A stretch of DNA of 64,000 bases from Thermoplasmatota archaeon (GCA_041601615.1 JBFIHX010000008.1:36261-100260), one strand, 5' to 3'. Positions 20,722-31,672 are shown, counted from the first letter of the stretch. Notes: a model not told the origin generated them from the letters alone. Program-made: numbers and translations.

Positions 20722-22284
20722 ATGAAAGTCACCCGTGCCCTGCTGTCCGTCAGCGACAAGACAGGCATCGTCCAATTTGCCCGCCGACTCTCCAAAGCCG
20801 GCGTCGAACTCGTCAGCACCGGAGGCACCGCCTCCCTGCTGCGCTCGGAAGGCCTAGAGGTCCGCGACATCAGCGACCTCACCGGTTTTCCAGAGATGAT
20901 GGACGGCCGCGTCAAGACCCTGCACCCGATCGTCGCCGGCGGCATCCTCGCTGCCCGTGACGACCCGGCCCACGTTGCCAGCATGGAAGCCCACGGCATC
21001 TGCGCCATTGACCTCGTCTGCGTCAACCTCTACCCCTTCGAGCAAACCGCCTCCAGCGACGCGACGCTGCCCGAACTCATCGAACAAATCGACATCGGCG
21101 GCCCCAGCCTCCTTCGCGCCGCCGCCAAGAACCACCGCCACGTCTACGTCGTCACCGGCGCCGACCAATACGACCGCGTCATGGCCGGCATCGAAGGCAC
21201 CATCCCCGCCGACGAAGACGAAGCCCTGCGCCAGGAACTCGCCCTGCGCACCTACCAACTCACCGCTCGCTACGACGCCGTCATCGCCCGTGTGCTCTCG
21301 AAACGATTCGGCCTCACAGACTACCCCGAACACCTCGTATTCGCCTTCGACCGCCGCGACGTGCTGCGCTACGGCGAAAACAGCCACCAACGCGCCGCCT
21401 ACTACGAAAAATCTGGGCCCCGCAACGAACTGGAACCGAGCATCATCAAGGCCGAACAACTGCACGGCAAACAACTCAGCTACAACAACATCCTCGACGC
21501 CGACCTCGCGCTCGAATCCGTCAAGGAATTCCCCGAACGCCCCTGCTGCGTCATCATCAAACACGCCACACCGTGCGGCATCGCCACAGCCGACACCCTC
21601 CAAACCGCCTGGAAGGACGCCCTCGCCTGCGATCCCTACTCGCCCTTCGGCGGCGTCGTCGCCATGAACCGCGAAGTCACCCTAGATGTTGCCGAAGAAC
21701 TTGCCAAACTGTTCTTGGAAATCGTCGTCGCCCCCGGCTTCAGCCCCGACGCCCTCGCGCGCCTTCAAAAGAAAAAGAACCTCCGCCTCCTGTCCGTCCC
21801 CGACCTCGACGACGACTACCACCGCAGCGGCACCCAAATCCGCAGCATCACCGGCGGCCTTCTCGTCCAAGACCGCGACCTGAAGCCCTACGACACCACC
21901 CAGTGGCAAACCGTCACCAAGCTCACCCCCACGGACGAGCAAGTGGAGAGCATGCTGTTTGCCGCGCGCTGCGTCAAGGCCATCCGCAGCAACGCCGTCG
22001 TCTTCGTCCAAGGCACCAAGACCGTCGGCATCGGCGGCGGCCAAACCGCCCGCGTGGACAGCACTACCATTGCCACCGTCAAGGGCGGCGACAACATCAA
22101 GGGTAGCGTCATGGCCAGCGACGCCTTCTTCCCGTTCCGTGACGCCGTGGATGTGGCTGCCGAACACGGCGTTTCCGCCATCGTGCAACCCGGTGGATCC
22201 ATCCGCGACGACGAAGTGATTGAAGCCGCCGACGAGCACGGCATCGCCATGATGTTCAGCGGCCAGCGATCGTTCCGCCACTAG
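20722..22284 (+). CDS. purH: Bifunctional AICAR transformylase/IMP cyclohydrolase (bacterial type)
   Basis: RALLSVSDKTG, GRVKTLHP, IDIGGPS, LRYGEN, SDAFFPF, QPGGSIRD. Confidence 0.97.
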   Translation: MKVTRALLSVSDKTGIVQFARRLSKAGVELVSTGGTASLLRSEGLEVRDISDLTGFPEMMDGRVKTLHPIVAGGILAARDDPAHVASMEAHGICAIDLVCVNLYPFEQTASSDATLPELIEQIDIGGPSLLRAAAKNHRHVYVVTGADQYDRVMAGIEGTIPADEDEALRQELALRTYQLTARYDAVIARVLSKRFGLTDYPEHLVFAFDRRDVLRYGENSHQRAAYYEKSGPRNELEPSIIKAEQLHGKQLSYNNILDADLALESVKEFPERPCCVIIKHATPCGIATADTLQTAWKDALACDPYSPFGGVVAMNREVTLDVAEELAKLFLEIVVAPGFSPDALARLQKKKNLRLLSVPDLDDDYHRSGTQIRSITGGLLVQDRDLKPYDTTQWQTVTKLTPTDEQVESMLFAARCVKAIRSNAVVFVQGTKTVGIGGGQTARVDSTTIATVKGGDNIKGSVMASDAFFPFRDAVDVAAEHGVSAIVQPGGSIRDDEVIEAADEHGIAMMFSGQRSFRH

Positions 22285-22331
22285 GCCCCGGCTGAGCCTG
22301 ACCCCGTTTTCTCCTGTTGAGCCGGGGCTTT
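22285..22331 (+). terminator. Putative stem-loop after purH
   Basis: GCCCCGGCT (22285-22293) / AGCCGGGGC (22320-22328) followed by TTT. Confidence 0.35.
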
Positions 22332-22393
22332 CGAGACCGACTTATAGGTTTTGAACGATGTTATAATGTAGTTGGGAAGCTATAGGATTCTTG

Positions 22394-22807
22394 ATGGCAA
22401 CCACCATTGCGTTGCACGATTCAACCCGCGAGCGACTGGCGATTTTTCAGAAAAAGAGCCACCTGCCCAGCATGGATGCCGTCGTTCTCGCACTTCTGGA
22501 CGCCCCACTACACACCGCCCAAGCCATCTGGTCGCGGCACCGAAGCGCCGCCCTCGAAGTTTGCAACCGGCGGGGAATTTTGCGCGCCGTGGCATTCGGC
22601 AGCCGCGTCTGGGGAACCCCGCACGGCACCAGTGACTTCGACTTGATGGTGGAATTCGAACGCACCCCAGACCTTTGGACCTACCAAGACATCGCGGAGG
22701 AACTGGAGCAAGCCCTTGGAGTCCACGTGGACATGCACACGCCCCGCGGGCTTCGCCCCAGACTCCTTGCACGCATCGAAGCCGAGGGAGCGCGCCTCCT
22801 TGGATGA
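22394..22807 (+). CDS. MNT (minimal nucleotidyltransferase) antitoxin with N-terminal RHH/VapB-like extension
   Basis: FGSRVWG...SDFDLMV (GSx10DxD); N-terminal MATTIALHDSTRERL; precedes HEPN gene. Confidence 0.85.
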   Translation: MATTIALHDSTRERLAIFQKKSHLPSMDAVVLALLDAPLHTAQAIWSRHRSAALEVCNRRGILRAVAFGSRVWGTPHGTSDFDLMVEFERTPDLWTYQDIAEELEQALGVHVDMHTPRGLRPRLLARIEAEGARLLG

Positions 22808-23138
22808 AGCGGCCCACGACGCGCTCATCGACATGCTGGAGCACGCAGAATCCGCCATGGCTCGCCTTGAACATCGCGGTGTCGAAGATCTGCTCGAAAA
22901 CAAGGACCTCGCGTGGGTGATGGAACGCCTCCTCATCACCATCGGCGAAGCCGCACGGCGCATACCAGACCCAATTCGCGCACAGATGGAGCTTCCTTGG
23001 AAACGAATCGTGGGCATGCGGAACATCTTGACGCACGATTACGGCAACGTTGACCAAGTCGCCGTAACGGACACCGTCCACAATCGACTGCCCGAGCTCG
23101 TCGCCCAGGTGCAAGCATTCCTGTCCACAAACCCTTGA
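22800..23138 (+). CDS. HEPN (DUF86/HepT-like) toxin
   Basis: IGEAA...PWKRIVGMRNILTHDY (Rx4H + Y); start TTG 22800 inferred. Confidence 0.88.
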   Translation: MDEAAHDALIDMLEHAESAMARLEHRGVEDLLENKDLAWVMERLLITIGEAARRIPDPIRAQMELPWKRIVGMRNILTHDYGNVDQVAVTDTVHNRLPELVAQVQAFLSTNP

Positions 23139-23830
23139 ATCCCCCCTGCCTCCCCGCCCCCGTGCCCCTGCGCGTTGCCGTCCTTGCTTCCGGCCGTGGC
23201 TCGAATCTCAAAGCGCTCCTGAAGGCCATCGACAAGGGCCTCGTGGACGCCTCGGTCACCCTCGTCATCACGGACCGCCCCGGCGCTGGTTGCTTGGAGC
23301 ACGCCCGCGACCATGGGGTGCCGGCGGTGGTGGAGTTGCCGCGCGAGACGGACGAGTCGCGCGCATCCTACGACGCGAGGCTCCTGCCGGTGCTTGCGGC
23401 GGAGGCGCCAGACCTCGTGGTGCTTGCGGGCTTCATGCGCATCCTGACCCCCGTGGTCCTTTCGCCGTTTGCTGGCCGCGTTGTCAACATCCATCCGGCT
23501 CTGCTTCCCTCCTTCAAGGGTGCCCATGGCATCCGCGACACTCTGGCTGCGGGGGCGCCACTTGCCGGCTGTTCGACGCATTTTGTCACGCCCGACTTGG
23601 ACGGCGGGCCGCTCATTTTGCAAGCCGCGCTCGCGGTTGCGCCGGATGATGACCAAGCGAGCCTGGGTGCCCGAGTCTTGGGCCTCGAACACCAAATCCT
23701 GCCACGCACGGTGCAATTGATTGCCGAAGGCCGCGTCTCCATCGACTCCGAATCGGGCCTGGTGCGGATTGCGCCGGGCGCCGCCTGGACGCCCACGGTC
23801 GCTGATGCTCTCTACAGCCACGGATTCTAG
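23135..23830 (+). CDS. purN: Phosphoribosylglycinamide formyltransferase
   Basis: VLASGRGSNL, LAGFMRIL, NIHPALLPSFKG, DGGPLI. Confidence 0.95.
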   Translation: MNPPCLPAPVPLRVAVLASGRGSNLKALLKAIDKGLVDASVTLVITDRPGAGCLEHARDHGVPAVVELPRETDESRASYDARLLPVLAAEAPDLVVLAGFMRILTPVVLSPFAGRVVNIHPALLPSFKGAHGIRDTLAAGAPLAGCSTHFVTPDLDGGPLILQAALAVAPDDDQASLGARVLGLEHQILPRTVQLIAEGRVSIDSESGLVRIAPGAAWTPTVADALYSHGF

Positions 23831-23831
23831 G

Positions 23832-25169
23832 ATGTCGACGCCAAACGATGTGGACCCGTGGAGCTACGAGGAGGCCCTGGAGTGGCTGTACGCTCGCCAA
23901 GGCCTCGGCATCAAGCTCGGATTGGAGAAAGTCCACGAGCTTCTAGCCCTGCTTGGCGACCCGCAGCACGCCTTCAAAGTCGTACACATCGCAGGAACCA
24001 ACGGCAAGGGCAGCGTCACCCGCATCCTAGCCAACGTTTTGCACCGCGCCGGTCAGCGCGTCGGCGCCTTCACCAGCCCGCACCTCGTTCGATTTACGGA
24101 GCGCGTCGAAGTGGACGGGGCAGAAATCAGCCGCGAGGCCGTTGCTCGCATCCTCGCCCGCATCCGGCCGCTTGTTGCCGACTTTGATGCCCGAGACGAA
24201 CCGCCCACGTTCTTCGAGATCAACACGCTTCTGGCGTTCGTGCATTTCCAGGAAGCCGGCGTGGACTGGGCCGTGGTGGAAACCGGACTCGGCGGCAGGC
24301 TCGACGCCACCAACGTCGTGACTCCAGAGCTGTCCATCATCACCAACGTCGCCAACGACCACGCAGAATTCTTGGGCGACCACCCCGCCGACATCGCCTA
24401 CGAAAAAGGCGGGATCATGAAACCGGGCGTCCCCTGCGTAACCGGCGCCGAGGCCGACGCCTTGCATGTTCTGAAACTGATCAGCCGCGAATTGCGCTGC
24501 CCCATGAGCATCCTCGGCGAAGACTACGAAGTGCTCCCCGACATCAACGGCTTCCGCTTGCGCTGGCCCCTGGGAGAAGCACGGTACGACCTAGCCATGG
24601 CCGGCGCGCACCAAATCCAGAACGCAGCACTCGTGGTCGCCGCCGCCGGAGCGCTACGAGGCCTTGGCCACACGATTCCCGAACCATCGGTCCAACAAGC
24701 ACTGGCCACGGTGCAGGTGCCGGGCCGCATGGAACAATTCACCCTCCACGAACCCGTGGCCCCCGCACATGCCGTAGAAGTGCTTCTGGACGGAGCCCAC
24801 AACGAGGCCGGCGCCGGCGCCCTGCGCTACCACCTCGGCCGCATCGACTGGGCCGGCTTCCACCTCATCGTCGGCTTCAACCGCGACAAAAATTGGCAAG
24901 TGATGCTGGACCAATGGATGCCCCTAGCGGCACACGTCTGGGCCGTGCCGCTTCGCACGTCGCGCAGCCTTGCCCCCGTCGAAATCTGCGCCTACGTTGC
25001 CCCCGCCGGGTTCCCCACCGACGAAGCGCAAGACGTTGCCGACGCCATCGCACGCGCCATCGCCTCCGGGGCCCGCCGCATCGTCCTTGCCGGCAGCTTG
25101 TTCTTGGTCGGCGAAGCACGCGCCCACATCACAGGCGAGCCCATGGAGGAGATCCGTGGCAACCAGTGA
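23832..25169 (+). CDS. folC: Folylpolyglutamate synthase/dihydrofolate synthase
   Basis: HIAGTNGKGS, FTSPHL, ETGLGGRLDATN, DGAHN, GSLFLVG. Confidence 0.95.
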   Translation: MSTPNDVDPWSYEEALEWLYARQGLGIKLGLEKVHELLALLGDPQHAFKVVHIAGTNGKGSVTRILANVLHRAGQRVGAFTSPHLVRFTERVEVDGAEISREAVARILARIRPLVADFDARDEPPTFFEINTLLAFVHFQEAGVDWAVVETGLGGRLDATNVVTPELSIITNVANDHAEFLGDHPADIAYEKGGIMKPGVPCVTGAEADALHVLKLISRELRCPMSILGEDYEVLPDINGFRLRWPLGEARYDLAMAGAHQIQNAALVVAAAGALRGLGHTIPEPSVQQALATVQVPGRMEQFTLHEPVAPAHAVEVLLDGAHNEAGAGALRYHLGRIDWAGFHLIVGFNRDKNWQVMLDQWMPLAAHVWAVPLRTSRSLAPVEICAYVAPAGFPTDEAQDVADAIARAIASGARRIVLAGSLFLVGEARAHITGEPMEEIRGNQ

Positions 25170-27213
25170 AGCAACACGCACACACGACTCCGAACGGCCC
25201 TGGATTGAACCTCTTGAAGCCTACCGCCAGCTTCGCGCCGCCGGCCTCCATCCGCAATTGCTGGAGGGCCTCGGAGCGCACCCAGAGGCTCGCCGCGCAT
25301 ACATCGCACTCGGAGCCGCCGTCCAGCTAGAAGTACGGGGCAACACGCTCACCGCCACCGAAGGCACCCAGCGATCCAAGCGCCACGATGTGCTGCCTGC
25401 CCTGCGTGAATGGACCAGCAAATACAGCGCCCAAAAAAGTGAACACGGCGTGTTTACAGGCGGCTGGATCGGATTCGTCGGCTACGAATTCCTGCACCAC
25501 CTCGAACCTACACTCCCCGCCCGCTCCGCCACGACCCCCGACCTTTGCATGTGGCTATGCCGCGATGTATTGGTGTTTGATCGCGCAACCAAGCGCGTCC
25601 AGCTGCTCTGCCACGACCTTCCGGGCGAACTAGAAGCGGACGCACGCGCCGAAGCGACCCTGCGGGCCCTGGAATCGCCGCCGGCGCCTCCTCCGCATTC
25701 AGCTCCGTCGAATCCACCCACGCCAAACGGCGCCTGGGCCACAAGCCTCGACCAAGCCTCCTTCAAGGCCGCAACCGCCCGCCTCGTAGAACTCGTAGCA
25801 TCAGGCGACCTGTTTCAGGCCAACCTCGCAACCCGATTCCAAACCCCCTGCACCGACGACCCCACAGACCTATTCTCGCGCCTAGCCGAAGCCAACCCAA
25901 GTCCCTACATGGCCCTCCTTGACGGCGGCGACTGGCAGATTGTGTCATGCAGCCCCGAACAACTGTTTGCCGTAGAGGACGGCGTCCTGCGCGCACGACC
26001 CATCGCCGGCACACGGCCCCGAGGACAGACCGCCGCAGCAGACGAAGCCCACGAGCAGGAACTCCTTTCCGACCCCAAGGAACAAGCAGAACACACCATG
26101 CTCGTGGACCTCCTTCGCAACGACGTGGCCAAAGTCGCAATGCCCGGCACCGTACGCGTCCCGGAACGCATGAGCGTGGAGCGCTACCGCCACGTGATGC
26201 ACCTCGTCAGCCGCGTCGAAGGCACCGTACGCCCCGACACCGGCTTTGTCGACTGGCTCGCAGCCTTGTTTCCCGGCGGCACCATCACGGGCGCCCCCAA
26301 GCACCGCGCCTGCCTGCGCATCGCCGAAGCCGAACCCGTCGCACGCGGCCCCTACACAGGCTCCGCCGGTTGGATCGGCTGGAATGGTGACGCGCACTGG
26401 AACATCCTGATTCGCACGCTCGTGTTGGAGGCAGGCCACGCGACCGTCCACGCCGGCAGCGGCATCGTGGCCGAATCCGACCCCGAGCGCGAATGGCTGG
26501 AAGCAGGCCACAAAGCCCAAGCCCTTCTGGAAGCAGCAACCGGCGGCGACCAAGGCGGCGGCAACCGCACACGCATCGGCGAAGTAACCCGACACGGCTC
26601 CTGGAACCCACCGCCCATCCCTCCCGGGCCGCCCTTTGCCGCGCGCGTGCTCCTCGTGGACAACTACGATTCCTTCACCTACAACCTAGCCGACTACCTC
26701 GCATCCCTTGGCGCCAAAGTACAAGTGGTGCGCAACGACGAAGACTGGATGGGTGCCCTCGCGGCGCACGCGGCAACGCACATCGTGCTCAGTCCAGGCC
26801 CCGGCCGGCCCGAAGACAGCGGCGCAACCCTAGAAATCGCCCACGCCGTGGCACGCGGAAATCTGAATCTGCCCGTGCTCGGCGTCTGCCTCGGACACCA
26901 AGCGCTGGCCCTGGCCGCCGGCGGGACCGTCGACGTGGGCCACGCCGTGCACGGAAAAACCGGCACCATCACCCACCAAAACAGCCGCCTGACCGAATGC
27001 CTGCCCTCGCCCATCCCTGTCGGACGCTACCACAGCCTCGTCGTGCGCCGCGACTCGCTGCCGGACTCCTGGAAGGAAACAGCTTGGCTTTCCGACGGCA
27101 CTTTGATGGCGATGGAGCACCAAGAACGACCCGTCTTCGGCTTGCAGTTTCACCCGGAATCCATTTCTACCGACACGGGCCTCGAAATCTTGCGCGCGTT
27201 TCTGGTGCTTTGA
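25156..27213 (+). CDS. Aminodeoxychorismate synthase fusion (chorismate-binding domain + C-terminal glutamine amidotransferase)
   Basis: RPIAGTRPRG, KEQAEHTMLVDLLRND, FPGGTITGAPK, then DNYDSFTYNL, SPGPG, GVCLGHQ, QFHPES; GGAGGA RBS before GTG 25156; folate operon context. Confidence 0.88.
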   Translation: MATSEATRTHDSERPWIEPLEAYRQLRAAGLHPQLLEGLGAHPEARRAYIALGAAVQLEVRGNTLTATEGTQRSKRHDVLPALREWTSKYSAQKSEHGVFTGGWIGFVGYEFLHHLEPTLPARSATTPDLCMWLCRDVLVFDRATKRVQLLCHDLPGELEADARAEATLRALESPPAPPPHSAPSNPPTPNGAWATSLDQASFKAATARLVELVASGDLFQANLATRFQTPCTDDPTDLFSRLAEANPSPYMALLDGGDWQIVSCSPEQLFAVEDGVLRARPIAGTRPRGQTAAADEAHEQELLSDPKEQAEHTMLVDLLRNDVAKVAMPGTVRVPERMSVERYRHVMHLVSRVEGTVRPDTGFVDWLAALFPGGTITGAPKHRACLRIAEAEPVARGPYTGSAGWIGWNGDAHWNILIRTLVLEAGHATVHAGSGIVAESDPEREWLEAGHKAQALLEAATGGDQGGGNRTRIGEVTRHGSWNPPPIPPGPPFAARVLLVDNYDSFTYNLADYLASLGAKVQVVRNDEDWMGALAAHAATHIVLSPGPGRPEDSGATLEIAHAVARGNLNLPVLGVCLGHQALALAAGGTVDVGHAVHGKTGTITHQNSRLTECLPSPIPVGRYHSLVVRRDSLPDSWKETAWLSDGTLMAMEHQERPVFGLQFHPESISTDTGLEILRAFLVL

Positions 27214-27214
27214 C

Positions 27215-28069
27215 ATGGACGGACTTGCCTACATCGACGGAAGAACCACAGACCTCGGCGCCGCTCGCGTGCCCCTGCTAGACCGAGGCTACCTCCTCGG
27301 CGACGGCGTCTTCGAAACCCTCCGCACCGCCCACGGCCAAGTCTTCCAACTTGACGACCACGCCGCACGGTTTCGCACCGGCCTCAAAGCCCTCGGCCTC
27401 GACCCAGAAGTGGAAGACCTGTTCCAAGAAGCAGTAGCACTCCTGGTTGCCGACGGTGTTCCCAAATTGGGCGACGAACTGTACCTACGCATCAACGCCA
27501 CCACCGGCGTCATGGAAGACCTCGACGGCCGCGACGCAGGCGTCACCATCACCGGCATCTGCAAACCCTTCAAGCCGTACCCCATGCGCTACTTTACCCA
27601 CGGGGTCCACTTGATTCAAAGCCGCCGCGTCCTCGAAGCGCCAAGCCCGACCCGAGGCGCCAAACCCATGAGCTTCCTGCCCCACGTCATGGCACGACGC
27701 GAGGCCCACACCCGCACCGCCCACGACGCCATCCTCTGCAACGGCGCCGGCCGCGTCGCAGAAGCGACCACCAGCAACGTCTTTGCCTACCAAGAAGGCA
27801 CCGTGTACGCACCCGGAACCGACGAAGGCGCCGTGGACGGCGTCACCCGCAAATTGGTGCTCGGATTCCTGGCCGACGCAGACATTCCCGTAGACGAACG
27901 CCTGGAACTGGACACCCTACGCGAAGCCGATGAAGTGTTCGTCACCAACACCACCGGAGGCGTAGTCCCCGTCACTCGATTTGAGGACGAGCCCGTGGGC
28001 AATGGCCAGAAGGGCGAACTTACGGCGAGACTCGGCCACGCCTACGAAGACCTGGTGCGCGGTCGATGA
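27215..28069 (+). CDS. pabC: Class IV aminotransferase, probable aminodeoxychorismate lyase
   Basis: DRGYLLGDGVFET, EATTSNVF, GVTR, ADEVFVTNT; operon context. Confidence 0.8.
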   Translation: MDGLAYIDGRTTDLGAARVPLLDRGYLLGDGVFETLRTAHGQVFQLDDHAARFRTGLKALGLDPEVEDLFQEAVALLVADGVPKLGDELYLRINATTGVMEDLDGRDAGVTITGICKPFKPYPMRYFTHGVHLIQSRRVLEAPSPTRGAKPMSFLPHVMARREAHTRTAHDAILCNGAGRVAEATTSNVFAYQEGTVYAPGTDEGAVDGVTRKLVLGFLADADIPVDERLELDTLREADEVFVTNTTGGVVPVTRFEDEPVGNGQKGELTARLGHAYEDLVRGR

Positions 28070-28929
28070 GCATTCTGGGACCGGTCGCCGAGCCACGCGT
28101 GCTGCCCCTGGCGCATGGCGGCGAACTCGTGATTCCCCGAGGCCAATGCCTCGTGATGGGCATCCTCAACGCGACCCCAGACAGTTTCAGCGACGGCGGC
28201 GAATTGGATACCCCACTGGCCCTGGAAGCGCGCATCCGGCAGATGCTCGAAGAAGGCGCAGACATCCTGGATGTGGGCGGCGAATCGACCAGGCCCGGAC
28301 ACGAGCCCGTTTCTGCCGGCGAGGAACTGACCCGCGTGCTTCCTGTCATCGAAGCTATTCGACGCATCAACGAGCAAATCCCCATCAGCATCGACACCCG
28401 CAAGACCCGGGTCGCCAGACTCGCATTGGAAGCCGGCGCAAGCCTCGTCAACGATGTGAGCGGCCTCGGCGAACCAGGAATGGGCCGACTCGTCGCGGAC
28501 GCCGGGTGCAGCATCGTCTTGATGCGCAGCGAGACCTGCCACGGCGACGTGGTCACGTCCACGCGCAGCCAATTGCAGGCCGCTATGGTCCGCGCTCGAA
28601 CCTCAGGAATCCCCGATCATTGCTTGGTGCTGGATCCAGGGCTTGGCTTCGGCGAACGCCCCGGCGCCAGCGTCGAAGACAACCTCGCCTTGATCGACCG
28701 CATCGCAGACTACAACATGGGCCGGCTGGTGCTCATCGGAGCAAGCCGCAAACGATTCGCGGGCGCCATGATTGGTGGAGCACCTAATCCACTTGACCGC
28801 GTGGAAGCAAGCGTAAAACTGGCCGTGCGCGCAGCGCAGGCCGGTGCATCCATTGTGCGCGTGCATGACGTACAGGCGACCGTGCAGGCCCTCGCGGCAT
28901 CAGGTTTCCGACGCACCGCGCTCGGCTAA
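28066..28929 (+). CDS. folP: Dihydropteroate synthase
   Basis: MGILNATPDSFSDGG, DVGGESTRPG, DPGLGF, SRKRF, RVHDV. Confidence 0.95.
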   Translation: MSILGPVAEPRVLPLAHGGELVIPRGQCLVMGILNATPDSFSDGGELDTPLALEARIRQMLEEGADILDVGGESTRPGHEPVSAGEELTRVLPVIEAIRRINEQIPISIDTRKTRVARLALEAGASLVNDVSGLGEPGMGRLVADAGCSIVLMRSETCHGDVVTSTRSQLQAAMVRARTSGIPDHCLVLDPGLGFGERPGASVEDNLALIDRIADYNMGRLVLIGASRKRFAGAMIGGAPNPLDRVEASVKLAVRAAQAGASIVRVHDVQATVQALAASGFRRTALG

Positions 28930-28959
28930 ACAGAAAGCCTGGACTCTGCTTGGATACGA

Positions 28960-30339
28960 TCAGTGGCCGTGGTCGTGACCGTGGCCATCGTCCTCGTGCT
29001 GGTCCGGCTCGGCTGGCTCGTCCGAATGCGTCGGTTCATCGTGGTGATCTGCACCGTCTCCAGAGCCCGACGGGGCGGCCGCGTGATCACCTTCGTGGTG
29101 GTGCGAAGCGTCCACACCCTCCGGGTTGCCACGCACGTACGGCGAGGATCGCATCCCATAGTTGTCGCCATCCTCGACGGCGGGTGCGGGATCTACGGTG
29201 CGCACTTCCACATGGAAGGTCACGGCGCGACCCGTAAGCACGTCGTACTTCAGGGGCGTGTAGCCGTAGACAAGGTTGCCTTTCTCGGCGCCTTCGGTGC
29301 GGTACTTGCCATTGTCCAAGCCAAGCAGTCCCTGGCCGGGGGCGGCAGCCTGAATATCGAAGGTCTTGCCCACGTCCGGTTCCAAGTCGCGCACCAATTC
29401 ATCGCCGACGATGCGCGTCAAGAGAATCGCACCCACGATGTCGGCAGGGTCGCGCTGGCCCGCCTCGGCGATGTCGAAGCGGAACGTCACGCTGCCATCG
29501 TTGAGACCGTCGCCGTCCGTGTCCACGTTGGCAGGATCGGTGCCGAGGGCGCGCTCGCGGCCGTTGGATAGGCCATCTTGATCGGTGTCGTCCGTTTCTG
29601 CTGGATCGGCCGGGTCCTGAGGGTCCGTGCCTAGGTTTGCCTCGAATGCGTCGGTGAATCCGTCGCCATCAGAGTCGGGGCCGGCGGGCACGAAGGGCGT
29701 CGCGCTCTGGCTTTCGATGGCGACCACTCGGCCCTTGTAGGTGGGGCTGAGGTCGAACAAGGCGCCCACGGTGGGCTCGATGCTGATCTGGGTCACGAAC
29801 GTGTTCATGTCCACGCTGTCCTGGGCAGGATTCACGTCCAGGCGCTGCGGGATGCGGACTGTTTTGTGATAGCCGGCGCGAGTGGGGTCGTTGCGGCTCT
29901 CGATGACCTTGATTGTGCCGTTTTCGGCTCCGATGAGCGCTTGTTCCATTTGGGCGCCGAAGCCACTCTGCTCCGAGCCGAGGGCGAAGGTCACGGGGAT
30001 GCCAAACTTGGCTAGGAGTCCGGCAGAAGCAAGTGCTTCCGACACGTCACGGACCGAAAGCTGCGTTGCATTCGTGGCCAAGAGCGATTCCATGCGGGTC
30101 CGGTTTTCGTCCTTCAAGATCGCGTCGAACGCCTGCCGGAGTGCCACGGTTCCTACGGTGCCGTCCGCCGCAACAATGGTGGAGAGACCCCAAACCAGTG
30201 GTTCGTTGGTGTCCGCGTCGAGTGCGACCACGGAAGCGGTGATGATGGAGCCTGGAACGGCGCCATCCTCGGGGAATCCGGTGCAGCCACTGGATGCCAG
30301 GGCGGCGGTTGCGAGCAACAGAACGAGGAATCGGTTCAT
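28960..30339 (-). CDS. Lipoprotein, FKBP/SlyD-like PPIase with inserted Ca-binding DxDxDG repeats and His-rich tail
   Basis: SSGC lipobox; PVTFALG...MEQALIG and [12 protein letters not shown] flank an insert with DSDGDG/DTDQDG/DTDGDG; HGHDHGH end. Confidence 0.65.
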   Translation of the reverse strand: MNRFLVLLLATAALASSGCTGFPEDGAVPGSIITASVVALDADTNEPLVWGLSTIVAADGTVGTVALRQAFDAILKDENRTRMESLLATNATQLSVRDVSEALASAGLLAKFGIPVTFALGSEQSGFGAQMEQALIGAENGTIKVIESRNDPTRAGYHKTVRIPQRLDVNPAQDSVDMNTFVTQISIEPTVGALFDLSPTYKGRVVAIESQSATPFVPAGPDSDGDGFTDAFEANLGTDPQDPADPAETDDTDQDGLSNGRERALGTDPANVDTDGDGLNDGSVTFRFDIAEAGQRDPADIVGAILLTRIVGDELVRDLEPDVGKTFDIQAAAPGQGLLGLDNGKYRTEGAEKGNLVYGYTPLKYDVLTGRAVTFHVEVRTVDPAPAVEDGDNYGMRSSPYVRGNPEGVDASHHHEGDHAAAPSGSGDGADHHDEPTHSDEPAEPDQHEDDGHGHDHGH

Positions 30340-31574
30340 GAGGAAAGTCTCCGACGAAGGAAGGCGTCGAGTCGTTCGAAGGCGGCACCCAATATGTCGG
30401 TATCGGGAAGCAGCACGAGGCGGAAGTGGTCGCGGCCGTACACTTTGTCGAAGCCGCTGCCGTGGACCGTGAGCACTTTTTCTTCGTGCAGGAAGTCGAG
30501 AACGAACTCCTTGTCGTCGCTCCAGGGCCCGGTGCCGTCCACGAGGGCATCGATGCGGGGGAAGGCGTAGAAGGCGCCGTCGGGCTTGGCGCAGTGGATC
30601 CCGTCGATTTCATTGAGTTGCTTGACGGTGAAGTCGCGGCGGACGCGCAATGCGTCATTCATGGCGGCAATGTGATCTTGGGGTCCGTCGAGTGCCACGG
30701 CTGCGGCTTTCTGGGCGATGGTGGAAGCACAAATGCGGTTGCGGGCAACCTTCAGTACGCCTTCTTTGATTTGCGCAAGGCTACCCGTGGGGTCGTTCCA
30801 CAAGCCGTGCCCAAGGCGCCAGCCGGGAACGAGGTACACTTTGGACATGCCGTTCAGCGTCACCATCGGAACATCGGGCGCAACGGTTGCGCTGGCAACT
30901 TGGGTGCCGTCGAAGGTCATGTCGTCGTAGATTTCGTCCGAAATGAGGAAGGCGTGGTCTTGGTGTTCGCCCACGAGGTCGGCAAATTGCTTGACGATCT
31001 TCTCCGAATACAACGCGCCCGTGGGGTTGTTGGGGTTGATGAGGCAGACCGCTTTGGTTTTGGGCGTGAGCTTGGCGCGCACGTCCTCCACGTCCGGCTG
31101 CCAGTCCTCACTTTCCAGCGTCGCGTAGTGAACGGGAGTGCCGCCGAAGTACTTCACCAAGGAATCATACGGCGGGTAGGCGGGGCCAGGAATCAAGACC
31201 TCGTCTCCGGGGACGATGGCAGCGCCAAGCAGCATTTGCAGGACCTCGGTGACGCCCGTGCCCACGGTCACGTCGCCCACGGCGTAGTCCATGCCGTTGC
31301 GGCGCTTTTCGCGGCGTCGAATTGCATCCACGAACGCAGGGTCTCCCTCCGAAGCCGTGTAGCCGTTGTGGCCGTCGCGTGCCGCGTCCGCTAGGGCATC
31401 GAGCATGTGCTGCGGTGGCTGGAATCCATACTGGATCGGGTCGCCGATGTTGAGCTTCAGCACCTCGTGCCCTGCTGCCTCAAGCTTGCGGGCCGGAATC
31501 ACAACGTCCCGGATGGCATACTCGACCTGGAGCGACCGCTCGGCGGCGGCCAGTGCGTGCCCCGTCGTCTGCAT
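30336..31574 (-). CDS. alaA: Class I/II aminotransferase (alanine aminotransferase-like)
   Basis: [40 protein letters not shown]. Confidence 0.85.
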   Translation of the reverse strand: MQTTGHALAAAERSLQVEYAIRDVVIPARKLEAAGHEVLKLNIGDPIQYGFQPPQHMLDALADAARDGHNGYTASEGDPAFVDAIRRREKRRNGMDYAVGDVTVGTGVTEVLQMLLGAAIVPGDEVLIPGPAYPPYDSLVKYFGGTPVHYATLESEDWQPDVEDVRAKLTPKTKAVCLINPNNPTGALYSEKIVKQFADLVGEHQDHAFLISDEIYDDMTFDGTQVASATVAPDVPMVTLNGMSKVYLVPGWRLGHGLWNDPTGSLAQIKEGVLKVARNRICASTIAQKAAAVALDGPQDHIAAMNDALRVRRDFTVKQLNEIDGIHCAKPDGAFYAFPRIDALVDGTGPWSDDKEFVLDFLHEEKVLTVHGSGFDKVYGRDHFRLVLLPDTDILGAAFERLDAFLRRRLSS

Positions 31575-31672
31575 GAATGAGCGGAGAGCAGGTGGGTGAA
31601 AAAACCAGGGGAACGAGGGTCTCCTCGCCCCTAGGTGCTGCCATCGGCATGAAATAGCCCGGGCCGCGTGCG

